30,462 nucleotides of DNA from Octopus sinensis (GCF_006345805.1 NW_021832515.1:1-30462); one strand, 5' to 3'; shown: positions 1 through 11,599, counted from the stretch's first letter. Notes: a model not told the origin generated them from the letters alone. A program made the numbers and translations.

Positions 1-252
1 AAATTCAGACAGGTAGGAAGGCGTAAAAGACAAAGAGATACTTGCAGCTAGACAGATATGTCAGATACAGAGGCGTAGACTTAACGATCTAAAAGTCGAG
101 TAAATTTGTCGTAAATTATATTTTATTGCTACGAGTCACCGAATGCCTTCCCGTTGAGACGCAGGTTTTCAAAATCTATTCCGTTTTTCTCGAGCACGCA
201 ACGTTTCGGAGATTTTTGCATTATATACATGCATACACACGTACAGTCTCAT

Positions 253-287
<35 letters not shown>

Positions 288-789
288 ATATGTATGTATG
301 AATATACATACATGCATATATACATATATATTGTTTTTCTGGATTTGCACACTGAGGACGACGGAAGGCAGGACCACGAGTTTGGTATAAACTGACTCTT
401 AAAAAATTCAGTCCCTTTTTCGCAACTATGGAATCAGATGAAGTTAAATCATAATATTAATTAACAGGAATGAATGGATTAATTAATTCATTCATTCATG
501 AATTCATTAATTTATATTTTAACAGGCTCTCCCACGTTAGTTCATGCGAGTCTTGCCGAAAAGTGGGGTTCCGTAGCACTAAACGTGATCTCCCCTTTCT
601 TTCCATGTTCTTTGATTTACATGTATGTCAATTGGGAAATAACTTCCGCGAATCGGGGTTCCACACTATGGCAGGATTTTCAGGAACGTAATGCTTCCGT
701 AACGCGAGTAATACCTTAAGATAAATAAAATAGAATAAAATAAGACAATGACATCAAAAGTAGATAAATAAATATTCTTATGAATTTGC

Positions 790-1152
790 GTTGCAAGACT
801 CCTGATATGAAATCATGTGTTGAAACAGATTTTGTATTCGGGACGGTCATTTTTTTGCCAAATAAACACACGCACTATATATTTGTTCTTCACTCTGTTA
901 TTATTGTTCTTATTCTAACTCATGTCCATTGTCTGGAAATCTTTCGTCACACATCTGTGACCTCTTCAGCGACACTTTTAGTTTTCGTGTGTGCTCTTGC
1001 TCCCCTTATTTCATTCTGTTCTTCTATGATGTGTATCCTTATGTGCACATGCCTTTTTAAAAAAAAAAACGTTAAATAAGGTTAATCTACGTATTGAATA
1101 TACAGTGCGTGTGTTTATTCAGCAAAAAAAAAAAGACCATCCCCAATACAAC
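790..1152 (-). mobile_element. Penelope-like element terminal remnant with hammerhead-like motif and inverted terminal duplication
   Basis: 831-883 and 1097-1152 are imperfect inverted repeats. A hammerhead-like core lies at 930-974. Segment 790-975 (minus) is homologous to 20915-21125 (plus). Confidence 0.55.
930..974 (-). ncRNA. minimal type I hammerhead ribozyme-like motif
   Basis: Minus strand: UGUCG-CUGAAGA-G-GUCACA(GAUG)UGUGAC-GAA-AGAUUU-C-CAGACA. It has the CUGANGA and GAAA cores, a 6-bp stem II, a near-palindromic stem III and a stem I with one bulge. Confidence 0.65.
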
Positions 1153-1825
1153 AATAAATACACTGTATCTCGAAAATTACTTCCTTGTTTTACTTTGCTT
1201 TTGTTTTTTCCCGCTTTAGGTCTCCTGTGAACTAACCTATATACATGTGCACATGCATACATAGATACATTCATACACACACACAGATATGTATATATAT
1301 ATATATATAAACCAGTTTTTTTTTCATTGTGTCACAATCACTAGCTTCAACAGACAGACAGACAGACAGACAATATGTGAGTGAGAGAGGAGAGTGGGAG
1401 AATTGATATATATTTTTGTTTTAGTCTTCACGTGTTTTATGGTGTGAAGATTGTTGTCGATTGTGACATTCGCACGGTGGTGGCGGCGGCGGCGACGTCG
1501 TTCATTTGTGCCGTCATTACTTCCTTTTTCTAGTTCTACAACTACTTTGTCTTCTTCTTATTATTATTCTTTGCTCAGGCTCACAGACACGTGATGCATC
1601 ATTAAAATCAGGAATTCTCAACACGAGATCTACAACGAGGAAAAAAACAAATGTTTAGAAATCAAAAGAAGAGAAAACAAAAACAAGAAAATAAAAATCC
1701 TAATTAACTATTAAAAATAACTATAAAAGAAAACACGTGTTATCTTCTAGAATCAGGTCTGCATCGGTTAACGACATTTAAACTGTAATCTTTGCATCTC
1801 ATATTTTGAGGGCACGGTGACCCTC

Positions 1826-2215
1826 TTTTAAGACACGATAGCGTGGTGTAGAAGGGCAATTTGACCGCTATTCTTAACAGATCGAACCACTAGCCAGCAC
1901 ATCCCTTTGTTGTCAGAGGATGAAAGGCAGTGCTCGTGACCCTTTTCAGGTTGTATAATATTAGTGGAAGAGAGAGGGGGTCATTCTCGAACCTTAGCAC
2001 TTACAACAGAGTGGATTCCAGTAAAAGCGCCAATGGTTAGAGACTGGTGTTAATCTTGGCGACAGATTCAGTCTAGCACCTAAAAACAGAAACAGATCTT
2101 AGACCTTACAGTTTCTGGTTGCCAAATTCTATTCCCAAAAACTTGGTAGAAGACCCCTGCCAATGTACCACTAAGTGAGATTGAACTTGAAACCGGAGGA
2201 TGGAAAAGTAACGAT
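1826..2215 (-). mobile_element. old, degenerate tRNA-derived SINE (CORE-like body, TCTTAAAA-type tail)
   Basis: 2150-2200 minus resembles the head/core of SINE-A (ttcaatctcacttagtggtacattggcaggggtcttctac). 1826-1885 resembles the tail motif also seen at 15885-15930 and 28125-28170. Confidence 0.45.
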
Positions 2216-4645
2216 ACTCTGTGACCGTTTTGACTGTGATCGTTGCCTTTGACTTCGTCTGAAAAATATTATAAAGAGATAAGTTTTTGGGTGAGACGAG
2301 ATCACGGTTAGTTTTAATTTCCCATTTGTAATTTCGTTCTGAAATTTTACTGGAAAAGGTTCATTAATAAATAAAGATTCCTTTATTGGCGCGATAGACT
2401 AGTGTTGTTCTATATAAAACTTTTAGTAAGTCTATAAGAAAAATTAGAAGAATTAATTGGATCAAAAATATACTGGGGGAACTAATCTAATTTTGTAAAT
2501 CTACTTATGTATAAGTAGAATAGTTTACGATACCCGGATTAATCAAGATAGGATGTTTGTTGTGCTGTTGATGAAATAGAGACCAAACATAGATGGTTAT
2601 TTTATAAACATTTTATTCCGTAAGGATATCCAATTAAAAGTATCGTTCAATGCAATGGCTACAAGACATCAACCAGTAACATTGGCATTTCTTATATCTT
2701 TCAAGAAATATTACGGGAAAATAGTTACATTGTGTCATCATATATTTCTAATACTTCTCAAAATATAATATGGGTATATAGTCACTGTATCATATAATGG
2801 TACATTGTATCATCATACATTTCCTGTATCTAACAAAACTTAATGGAATAATCTAATTATTGTCCAGTCATGAATCGCTATGTGTGAAATCTCTAATTCA
2901 ACTGTAATTCAATTATATTTATTACTGCAGATCCTTCTTATGCTGTTCAATATACAACTGCTGTATTTGTATCTCCGTGTCATCAGTAACTTATGGAAGA
3001 CAGGTTTGCAGCGGATGACCAATGATAAAATTAGATAATAATGCAAGTGTTAAAAAAACAAGAGTAAGTGTAAGAAGGAAAAGGTCAAGATTGGGTTGAA
3101 AAAGGACCAGGAGGGGAGTGGAATTTCAAGAAATTGTGGGGACATTTGTAATGGTCTAAATTCTTGGACTTCAAAATGTAAGGTGCATAAATGTTTGTTG
3201 CGATACCGTTTCTAATTTGGTGTAAAGAAACTGGTTGAGAAAAAAATGAGTATTCTAGTATGATGAGAATTGTTCAAGTATAGATATTCTACTTGCATCA
3301 AAACTCCTTTGGTCGGTAATATAATTAAATTTTTAGTAAGATTCTTACTTTTCCGATAGATGTACAAATTCGAGTGTGTTTACAGGAAAGCATGTGTGTG
3401 GTGGAAAATAACGGGCGGATATAAATAATGGCCAGTCCATCTATCCACCGCCTTACTCCCACTCGCAAGTGCACTCACAATGTTAGAGGCTATAAGTCAA
3501 CCGGTACATAGATAAATATAACACTGGGTCTATGGACAAAGGGACAGATATTACAAAAGAGGGAAGGACATGCATTCATAAACATAGATACCGGAACAGT
3601 AGAAAAATTCATAGCTACAGAGATAAACGTCAAAAGGTGTGACGCTATATACACGCGCACGCCTACACACGGACAAAGACGTGCATACATACGAATACAC
3701 AAGAACACTGAGTATGTACCTATATACACAAGACTCATACATACGCACAATGTGTGTATGCATATATCTACATAGACACACTCAGGTAGATGTCTATCTG
3801 TACAAATACATGAATGTTTACATACATACGCATAAATGTCACAACGATATATTTCCGAATAACCTTAACTATACAGACAAGGGGCGATTCCAGTGAATGT
3901 TGCCGTCATCAGACAAGCGATAGTTAAATAGTAAAATTTATTCAGTAACCAATGTATAAATTAAAGAAATATAAAATAAAAAACATTACATTAAACGCTA
4001 CTCAATGATTCTATTTATATTTTTACGGGTGTTTCCATTTAGGTACAAGATCAACAAACAGTATCGAATGATATACATCCGCTGATAACGGCTCATAAAA
4101 CAAACGTTTAGAGCCGTGTCCCATGTTTGTTTGGCGAGCTAATCACTGGTATATTTTTAATTACCCCCATTTCACGCTTCTTTTATTGTTCACAGCACTA
4201 GAAATACTAGAACCCGTCTGTTACTTCATATACACAGGGCCAGATGAAGACACATTAAGGCCCTGAACACTTAAAAGATTTTGGTGTCACTATATCTATG
4301 TAATTCAAAATATAAGCAATAATAAACCATAAAATAATTCTAAATCTTTCAAAATGAAACAAAACTAACAATAAGAAAATAATGATTATTTTTGGATCCT
4401 TCCACTTAATGTTTGAAAAGATTTCTACTTCTTTTTTTTAATCGTAACGTCTTTGATCAGATCCTCACTGTGACACCATGAACGCATTCGAAATTATATT
4501 TCCAATTATATAAACCACTTCGAATGCTTATTTTGCTTAATGGTTAATCAACGCGGTATATATATATACCTAATTTACGCCTCTTTATTATTTAACTCAA
4601 CCATTTGTCCCAATACAAATGTTTATCAGTAAAACATTTCTCTTC

Positions 4646-4792
4646 TGGTAAGGTTGCTTTGCTTCCCAACCACATGGTCCCGTGTTCATTGTCACTGCAT
4701 GGCACCTTGAGTAAGTGTCTTCTGCTATAGCCCCACGGACCGACCCAGCCTTATGAGTGAATTTGGTTGACAGAAACTGAAAGAAGCCCTTC

Positions 4793-4831
<39 letters not shown>

Positions 4832-4835
4832 TATA

Positions 4836-4892
<57 letters not shown>

Positions 4893-4956
4893 TACATATC
4901 TAATATATTATGTATGTATGTTATATATATTGTCTATATAATGTATATATATATAC

Positions 4957-5054
<98 letters not shown>

Positions 5055-5280
5055 ATATATATATTGATGTGAGTTTTGTGAATGTTTGTCTTCACTTCCG
5101 CTTGACAACAGGTATTGGTGTGTTTACGTCCGCGTAACTTAATAGTTTAGTAAAAGAGACCGATGGAATAAGTACCAGGATTAAAAGATAAGCCCGTTGG
5201 TCTATTCGTTCGACTAAAATTCTTCAAGGCGGTGCCTCAGCATGGCCGCAGTCTAATGACTGAAACAGAGACAAGATAAA
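4646..5280 (+). mobile_element. SINE family A (tRNA-derived, CORE-like) with expanded internal (TA)n
   Basis: Matches other in-window copies: cccaaccacatgg head, ggcaccttgagtaagtgtcttct core, gaaactgaaagaagccc, then the gcggtgc..catggccgcagtc..atgactgaaac tail. Confidence 0.85.
4794..5065. repeat. (TA)n microsatellite inside SINE-A
   Basis: About 270 bp of interrupted TA dinucleotide. Confidence 0.95.
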
Positions 5281-5294
5281 GCAATATTTGCTTA

Positions 5295-5464
5295 TACAGT
5301 TCTATATTTAAGAGATGGGGAATTATGTACATTATTTACACTATTTACATTATTTACATTCGACGGATATTTGTCCTTCTCTTTTTTTGTTGTTAACACA
5401 ACATTTCGGCTGAAATACCCTCCAGCCTGGGTTCTCATTCCTAAGATATTTTTTGATGTTGTTG

Positions 5465-5506
<42 letters not shown>

Positions 5507-5645
5507 TCACTGCTTGGAATCGAACTCGGAATCTTGGGGTTAGTAGCCCGTGCTCTTAACCAGTACACCATATGCCCGTGCGCGTATGGCGTAGTGATGA
5601 GGACAAATATCCGTCGAATGTAAATAATGTAAATAATGTATATTT
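5295..5645 (-). mobile_element. composite retroposon: tRNA-like head + (AAT)n + tail with half-hammerhead, bounded by 35-bp inverted repeats
   Basis: tRNA-like head at 5505-5577 (A-box-like tggtgtactgg, B-box gagttcgattcc), (ATT)n at 5468-5501, and a perfect inverted repeat 5343-5377 / 5600-5634. Confidence 0.6.
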
Positions 5646-5821
5646 GATTATTTCGATCATAAAGAAAATAGGAAGAAGGCATTAAATAATATAGCCGTAG
5701 CTACCCCGAATTTAGTGGTATGGTCACTCTTAGAATAGCTTTGATCATAAGTCGGCTTGATTGGGTCTGAATTAGGGTCCAACGATGACGACGACTACGA
5801 CTATATTTTGAAGTGTCTCTT

Positions 5822-6042
5822 TTACTCTTTTACTTGTTTCAGTCATTTGACTGCGGCCATGCTAGAGCACCGCCTTTAGCCGACCAAATCGACCCCGGGA
5901 CTTATTCTTTGTAAGCCCAGTACTTATTTTATCGGTCTCTTTGCGAAGCGCTAAGTGACGGGGACGTAAACCACACCGGCATCGGTTGTCAAGCAATGCT
6001 AGGGGGACAACACAGACACACATACATACACACACACAACAC

Positions 6043-6107
<65 letters not shown>

Positions 6108-6278
6108 TATATATACGACAGGCTTCTTTCAGTTTCCGTCTACCAAATCCACTCACAAGGCATTGGTCGGCACGGGGCTATAGCAGAAGACACTTGCCAC
6201 ATGCCACGCAGTGGGACTGAACCCGGAACCATGTGGTTGGTTAGCAAGCTACTTACCACACAGCCACTCCTGCGCCTT
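5822..6278 (-). mobile_element. SINE family A, full length
   Basis: Complete head-core-(TA/TG)n-tail. 11-bp target-site duplication aagtgtctctt at 5811-5821 and 6279-6289. Confidence 0.92.
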
Positions 6279-6329
6279 AAGTGTCTCTTAATATATTTCA
6301 TATTTATATGTATTTATGTGTATGTGGTA

Positions 6330-7035
6330 TATAAGTATTTGTGTGTCCGGGTGTATGTGTTCCTCTGTATGTGCTTTGCATATGTGCGTGTGTGTGTGTG
6401 TGTATGCATGAGTGTACGCGCGCGTTGACGTGTGTGTGTGTGTGAGCAACAATGAAGGTATTTCATTCATGGACACATCTGGACATGTTTGTGCGAAATA
6501 TTTTCGGATGTATAAACTCTAGCAGAATGCGATATTCTGTAACTTTGTGTGTGTGTGTATCTTTGCACGTGTGTGTGTATGTGTGTGTGTGTGTCTTTGC
6601 ATGTGTGTGTGTATGTGTGTGTGTATGCGCGCGTGTGTGTGTGTGTGTGTGTGTCTTTGCTGCGTGCAGGTCAGCAAGTTTGTGCATGTGCGCGTGGGTG
6701 GACATTTTTTACACATGTCTATCGGCGATTATAGGAGCGACTCTATATTTGAGTATAGCAAGTGCGTGTGTGTATGTGTGTGTGTGTGAGTGTGCGTGCT
6801 TGGATATTTGTTAAGGTGTGTGAGTGAAGAAAAAGAAAGAAAGCTGTAGATAGAATAGAAAGTAATACGGATGTTTGTATATGTGTGTAGGTATTTATAT
6901 AGTATATATATATATATAGTACTGTACTCCTTTATATATGCGTCTATGCATACATATGTGTATGTCTGTATGTATGTATACCTATATGCTCATATATATA
7001 TGTAAGCGAGTAAGCTCGTATATATGTATCCTTGT

Positions 7036-7091
<56 letters not shown>

Positions 7092-7275
7092 ATATATATA
7101 TATATGTATATATATATATGTATGTTATAAATATATATATGTATATATATATATACATATTTGTATATATACATATACATACACACGCAAGTGGATGGGT
7201 GTGTGTGCGTAGGTATTTACCTACATTTGTATGTATACATCTTTGTAGATATGTATGTAATATGTATGTATATGT

Positions 7276-7332
<57 letters not shown>

Positions 7333-7340
7333 AATTTATA
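6330..7340. repeat. compound (GT)n / (TA)n microsatellite-rich tract
   Basis: Degenerate GT runs at 6330-6800 and TA runs at 6900-7340. Confidence 0.9.
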
Positions 7341-7619
7341 TGCATATAGGTGCATATGTGCAAATGTATGTATCTGTAGATGTGTAATAAAGTTTAAAAT
7401 GGAAACGAAAAACAAACAGCCTATGTCAAGAAGCTGCCATTTCTGACATTTTAAGCAAAATTCATTTACTTTTCCGCCATCTTTATCCAAACTGTTGAAC
7501 TAAATGTATCTTTACCTTACTGTAATAAATCTAATTTAACAGTGTTATGTTTCAACTAAACATTATTTTTTATACATACACTGTGTCATTGTGTTATATT
7601 TGTCTATTTCGTTTCTCTG

Positions 7620-7621
7620 TT

Positions 7622-7667
<46 letters not shown>

Positions 7668-7730
7668 TGTGTGTGTGTGCGTGTGTATGTGTGCGTGCGT
7701 GCGTGTGTGTGTGTCTGTGTGTCTCTGTGT
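7620..7730. repeat. (GT)n microsatellite
   Basis: Direct observation. Confidence 0.95.
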
Positions 7731-7813
7731 CTGCCGGAAGCAAAGTTATTTTGTTTTTTATCTTTGCATTGAATATTATTATATCGTTACGGCTGATATT
7801 TAATTCTATACGC

Positions 7814-7870
7814 AAAGGTGACGAGCTGGCAGAATCGTTACTGTGTCAGACAAAATGCTTAGCAACATTT
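7814..7870 (+). mobile_element. SINE family B head fragment
   Basis: aaggtgacgagctggcagaatcgtta...aaaatgcttagc matches the head at 18983. Confidence 0.6.
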
Positions 7871-7930
7871 TTTCCGACTTTGCACCCTGAGTTCAGGTAT
7901 TCAAGAGGATAGACTTTGCCATTATCATTT

Positions 7931-8000
7931 CGTATCACACCCCCACGTGATACAATAGTATCACAACCCCACGTTGCCATTCGTGGGGTGTGATACTATT
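7931..8000. repeat. short inverted repeat (about 19-bp arms) with an upstream partial duplicate
   Basis: aatagtatcaca(a)ccccacg at 7954-7973 pairs with cgtggggtgtgatactatt at 7982-8000. A second gtatcac/gtgatac hairpin lies at 7932-7953. Confidence 0.8.
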
Positions 8001-8489
8001 ATCTTGTAAAATTTGATTTGATTTGGTGGAGTCGTTTGAGAATGCATTAGGAACAGTCAGGGAGACAAATAATTTTTTTTCATATAGATTAAGCACATGT
8101 ATTAAATGTTAATTTAAGGGTTAATATGTAACTGCAAATACCTTGCAACCTTGCAACTGCTGCAGTCATTATTAACTGGTAACTGAACGGTAAATGTGTA
8201 AAATAAGATAATCTTAGTGTTATCGTATTAAGATTAAAAGTGAAAGAATAAAACTGAAACAATATTATATCACATTACAATACAGATCTTATTTTGTATC
8301 ACTTTTTTTACACTTTTTAACATTTTTTTACACATGCATTACTTAGGGACCATGGAGTGTCATGGGCCAAAAAAATGTTCAAACTTCTTGCCTAATGCGG
8401 TCTCGAAGCAATCTCTTTGACTGGTTCGTTATTACATGTCAAAAGTGAAACAATAATATATATATAGTAACGTGATACTATGTAGTTTC

Positions 8490-8730
<241 letters not shown>

Positions 8731-8946
8731 GTGACTATGTATATATATGTGTATGTATAATATGTATTAGTTCTAAGATTTCACTAGAACCTAGGCACAT
8801 GGACAAGTAGGACGCCAGAAATAGCTCAGTACAATAATGTAGAGTTCACAGTGAGGTAAACAGCAATAATACTGTAGATGCGTTAGAACCAAATCCCATT
8901 TAAACTGTAGATATGACTCTGGGGTCGCTTCCATGTGGGGTTTAGG

Positions 8947-9296
8947 TATAAAAAGAGAACACAAATGGCATTTAAAAATGCACGACGGCCGTTTCGGTAG
9001 ACATTTGTAAGTGCATTCATAGACTGTGTCATAACATAGAACCCACCTACTTCAGGTAAACTTTTAAAGAGGTTAAGATGTCAAACAGGTTACACGTCGA
9101 ACATGACCAATCCTACGACGTTGGATTCGTTGTGTAGGATTCGATGTAGGAAATCTTACCTGTTTGACATCTTACCCCCTTAAAATTTTACTCGAAGTTG
9201 GTGGATTGTATGTTATAATCTAATCTATGAAAACATCAATAAAATTCTACCGAAATTGCTGTCGTAAATTTTAAACGCCATTTTTATTCTCTTTTT
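8947..9296. mobile_element. ~350-bp imperfect foldback / MITE-like palindromic element
   Basis: Arms align along their length: aaaaagagaa..aaatggc, tttcggtaga, ttcataga, taagatgtcaaacaggt each have a reverse-complement partner. Inner hairpin aatcctac/gtaggatt. Confidence 0.75.
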
Positions 9297-10049
9297 GTGT
9301 GTATATGTATGTGTGTGTCTGCGTATGTGTGTGTGAGTGTGTGTAAGTGTGTGTGTGTGTGTGTGTGTGCGTGTGTGTGTGTGCACGCAGTGTGTTTGAG
9401 TGTACGTGTGTGTGCACGTATATGTGCCGGGGACGTTAACTGGATAACTACGAATTTCTGTGATTTTCAACCGGTTATGACATTCCTGATTGTGATTCTA
9501 AAGTTGCAACCCGTCCCCAGCTTCTCAAGGGAGGGAGAGGAGGAATAACAGACAAACAAACAGACAGACAGACAGACAGAGAAGGCGATTAGGTGTACGT
9601 GTATGAACTTCAATGAACTAAAATCAACGTTGAAAATAAATTTCTTCTCAACTTCTCAACTTATATTTACTTTTCAATATTGTTTTATTGAATATCATTT
9701 CAAGATAAATATTTTCCTTATGAAACTTACTTGTCATTTCACTATTTTGTATAAGCCTCCAGAAATCTGATATAAGTTAAACTATAATTATAGTATGTAC
9801 GCAGTACTTTCTGATACTACCCATGGTGGCAAAGGTATACATCCAATGTTACCGGTCATAAGATGGATAACATTCTAGAATACATACACACACAAGTGAA
9901 TGGACAATCGAAAGAAAATGGTACTCAACACATTTAATTGGAGTTCGATATATCATTTAAAACACTTCCGTGTGACGGAACCGAATCACAATGTTTTAAG
10001 TTTATATATACTCTCTCTCTCTTTCTTTGAATATTCATACACTATTATT

Positions 10050-10050
10050 T

Positions 10051-10120
<70 letters not shown>

Positions 10121-10184
10121 TATATATATATAATATACACACATATATATATTATATATAATATACTAAGAATTTATATATTTA

Positions 10185-10218
<34 letters not shown>

Positions 10219-10220
10219 AC
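10050..10220. repeat. (TA)n microsatellite
   Basis: Direct observation. Confidence 0.95.
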
Positions 10221-10352
10221 TAAGAATTTAGTTTCAGTTGAATATGGTTACTTAAGTTAAAGGCACCAGAATTTGGTATAGTATTATTCATATAAATCAA
10301 AATGGGGTGATTATAATCAAAGTAAGCAACAAGGATATCCAAAGGTAGTGCA

Positions 10353-10435
10353 GTACAATCGTTTCATGCGACTTCATTTAATTAAACAATGCAAGTATTA
10401 CATCAGTTTTAAAATGTGGAGCAATCTTCAGGTGC
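10353..10435 (-). ncRNA. degenerate hammerhead-like motif with long stem II loop
   Basis: Minus strand: GCAC-CUGAAGA-U-UGC...(~50 nt AT-rich)...GCA-U-GAA-ACGAU-U-GUAC. Cores are present but stems are short and imperfect. Confidence 0.35.
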
Positions 10436-10829
10436 ATATGGAATTTTTTAGTTAAATTGAAAAGATCCATTTTTATACTTATTCCATTTACCAACATCAC
10501 AAAGAGGGTAGGGAGATAGAGACAGAGAGGCAAGTCTCATCAACAGAAACATGGTAGTAAATGACATTTATTCATGGATATACTACTTATCACTGAATTT
10601 ACTTTGTTGTTCAGATTTACTATTGGGGGAGGGGGTTTGATATTATTCTATTACGTTCAGTGGAGACAACACCAAGAATCTATCTTTTTATAGATAGAGG
10701 AAAAGGCAATTCAAGTGGCAGAGCCATATATCAAGCATATTACTCCCCCTGTTGTATACGAGTACTATTTTTGCTACCTTCTTTTGTATTTATGTGCTTA
10801 CTTGTGTGTGTATGTGTGTATATAAACGC

Positions 10830-10883
10830 ACACACATACTAACACGCACACACACACACAGACAAACACACACACACAGACAA

Positions 10884-10914
<31 letters not shown>

Positions 10915-10941
10915 GACAAACACATACACACACAAACATAC

Positions 10942-10981
<40 letters not shown>

Positions 10982-10985
10982 ATAC
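10830..10985. repeat. (CA)n degenerate microsatellite
   Basis: Direct observation. Confidence 0.95.
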
Positions 10986-11370
10986 GTACATTTGTTTGTA
11001 TGTACGTATATAAGGGTAACTGGTCTCCTGAATTTCAGCCTGCGCTGAATCCACTGGTCACTGTGAGGTATAGAACCTTCTCTTCATATGTAAATATATG
11101 AAGGACTCAGACAGTTACTGTTCGTTTTGTGAGTGGCCCACACTTGGCACCCTTTTTTTCACTTTTCACCTAATGATCTCTCCGCATGCAGGCGCTCTGC
11201 GTGAAGCTCGCATACGGTTCCGTGCCTCTACGCCAGCGTTTCTCAACTCCCCAGGCTTGTTTTTATTTTTCCAACCGGTGGTTGGAGAAAGCAACTTTAT
11301 TTCTATTTTATTTAATTCTAATTATTTAATACAAAAGAAGCTGCCAGCATATCTTTTAAGTACTGAGTAC

Positions 11371-11554
11371 ATGGGGGTGTGTGGTAAAAAGCTTGCTTCC
11401 CAACCACATGGTTCCCAGTTCAGTCCTACTGCGTGGCACCTTCGGTTAGAGTCTTCTACTATAGCCTCGGGCCGACTAAAGCCTTGGGGGTGTATTTGAT
11501 AGATGGAAGCTGAAAGAAATGCGTCGTACATATATACATATACATATGTATACG

Positions 11555-11599
<45 letters not shown>

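Noticed and set aside
526-714. Candidate exons on plus (526-622) and minus (from 714)
   Set aside because: Splice-like signals are common in this AT-rich DNA. The minus frame stops after 28 codons and no peptide is recognisable.
2400-3300. AT-rich unique block with GYPIKSI and a CTGATGA on the minus strand near 2975
   Set aside because: No sustained frame. The CTGATGA lacks a stem II and GAAA, so it is not a hammerhead.
4080-4120. ctgataa-cggctc...gagccg hairpin
   Set aside because: Core is CUGAUAA and no GAAA follows.
4235-4290. cagggcc...ggccctg, resembling a hAT-like MITE end
   Set aside because: No matching second TIR or 8-bp TSD was found.
5505-5577. Possible genuine tRNA gene (Ser-like, ACT anticodon)
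   Set aside because: Acceptor stem does not pair well and it is embedded in a repeat with an (AAT)n tail. Treated as a retroposon head.
9958-10000. Nested hairpin ttccgt-gtg-acggaa within aaaaca/tgtttt
   Set aside because: Short, AT-rich outer arms and no ribozyme core on either strand.
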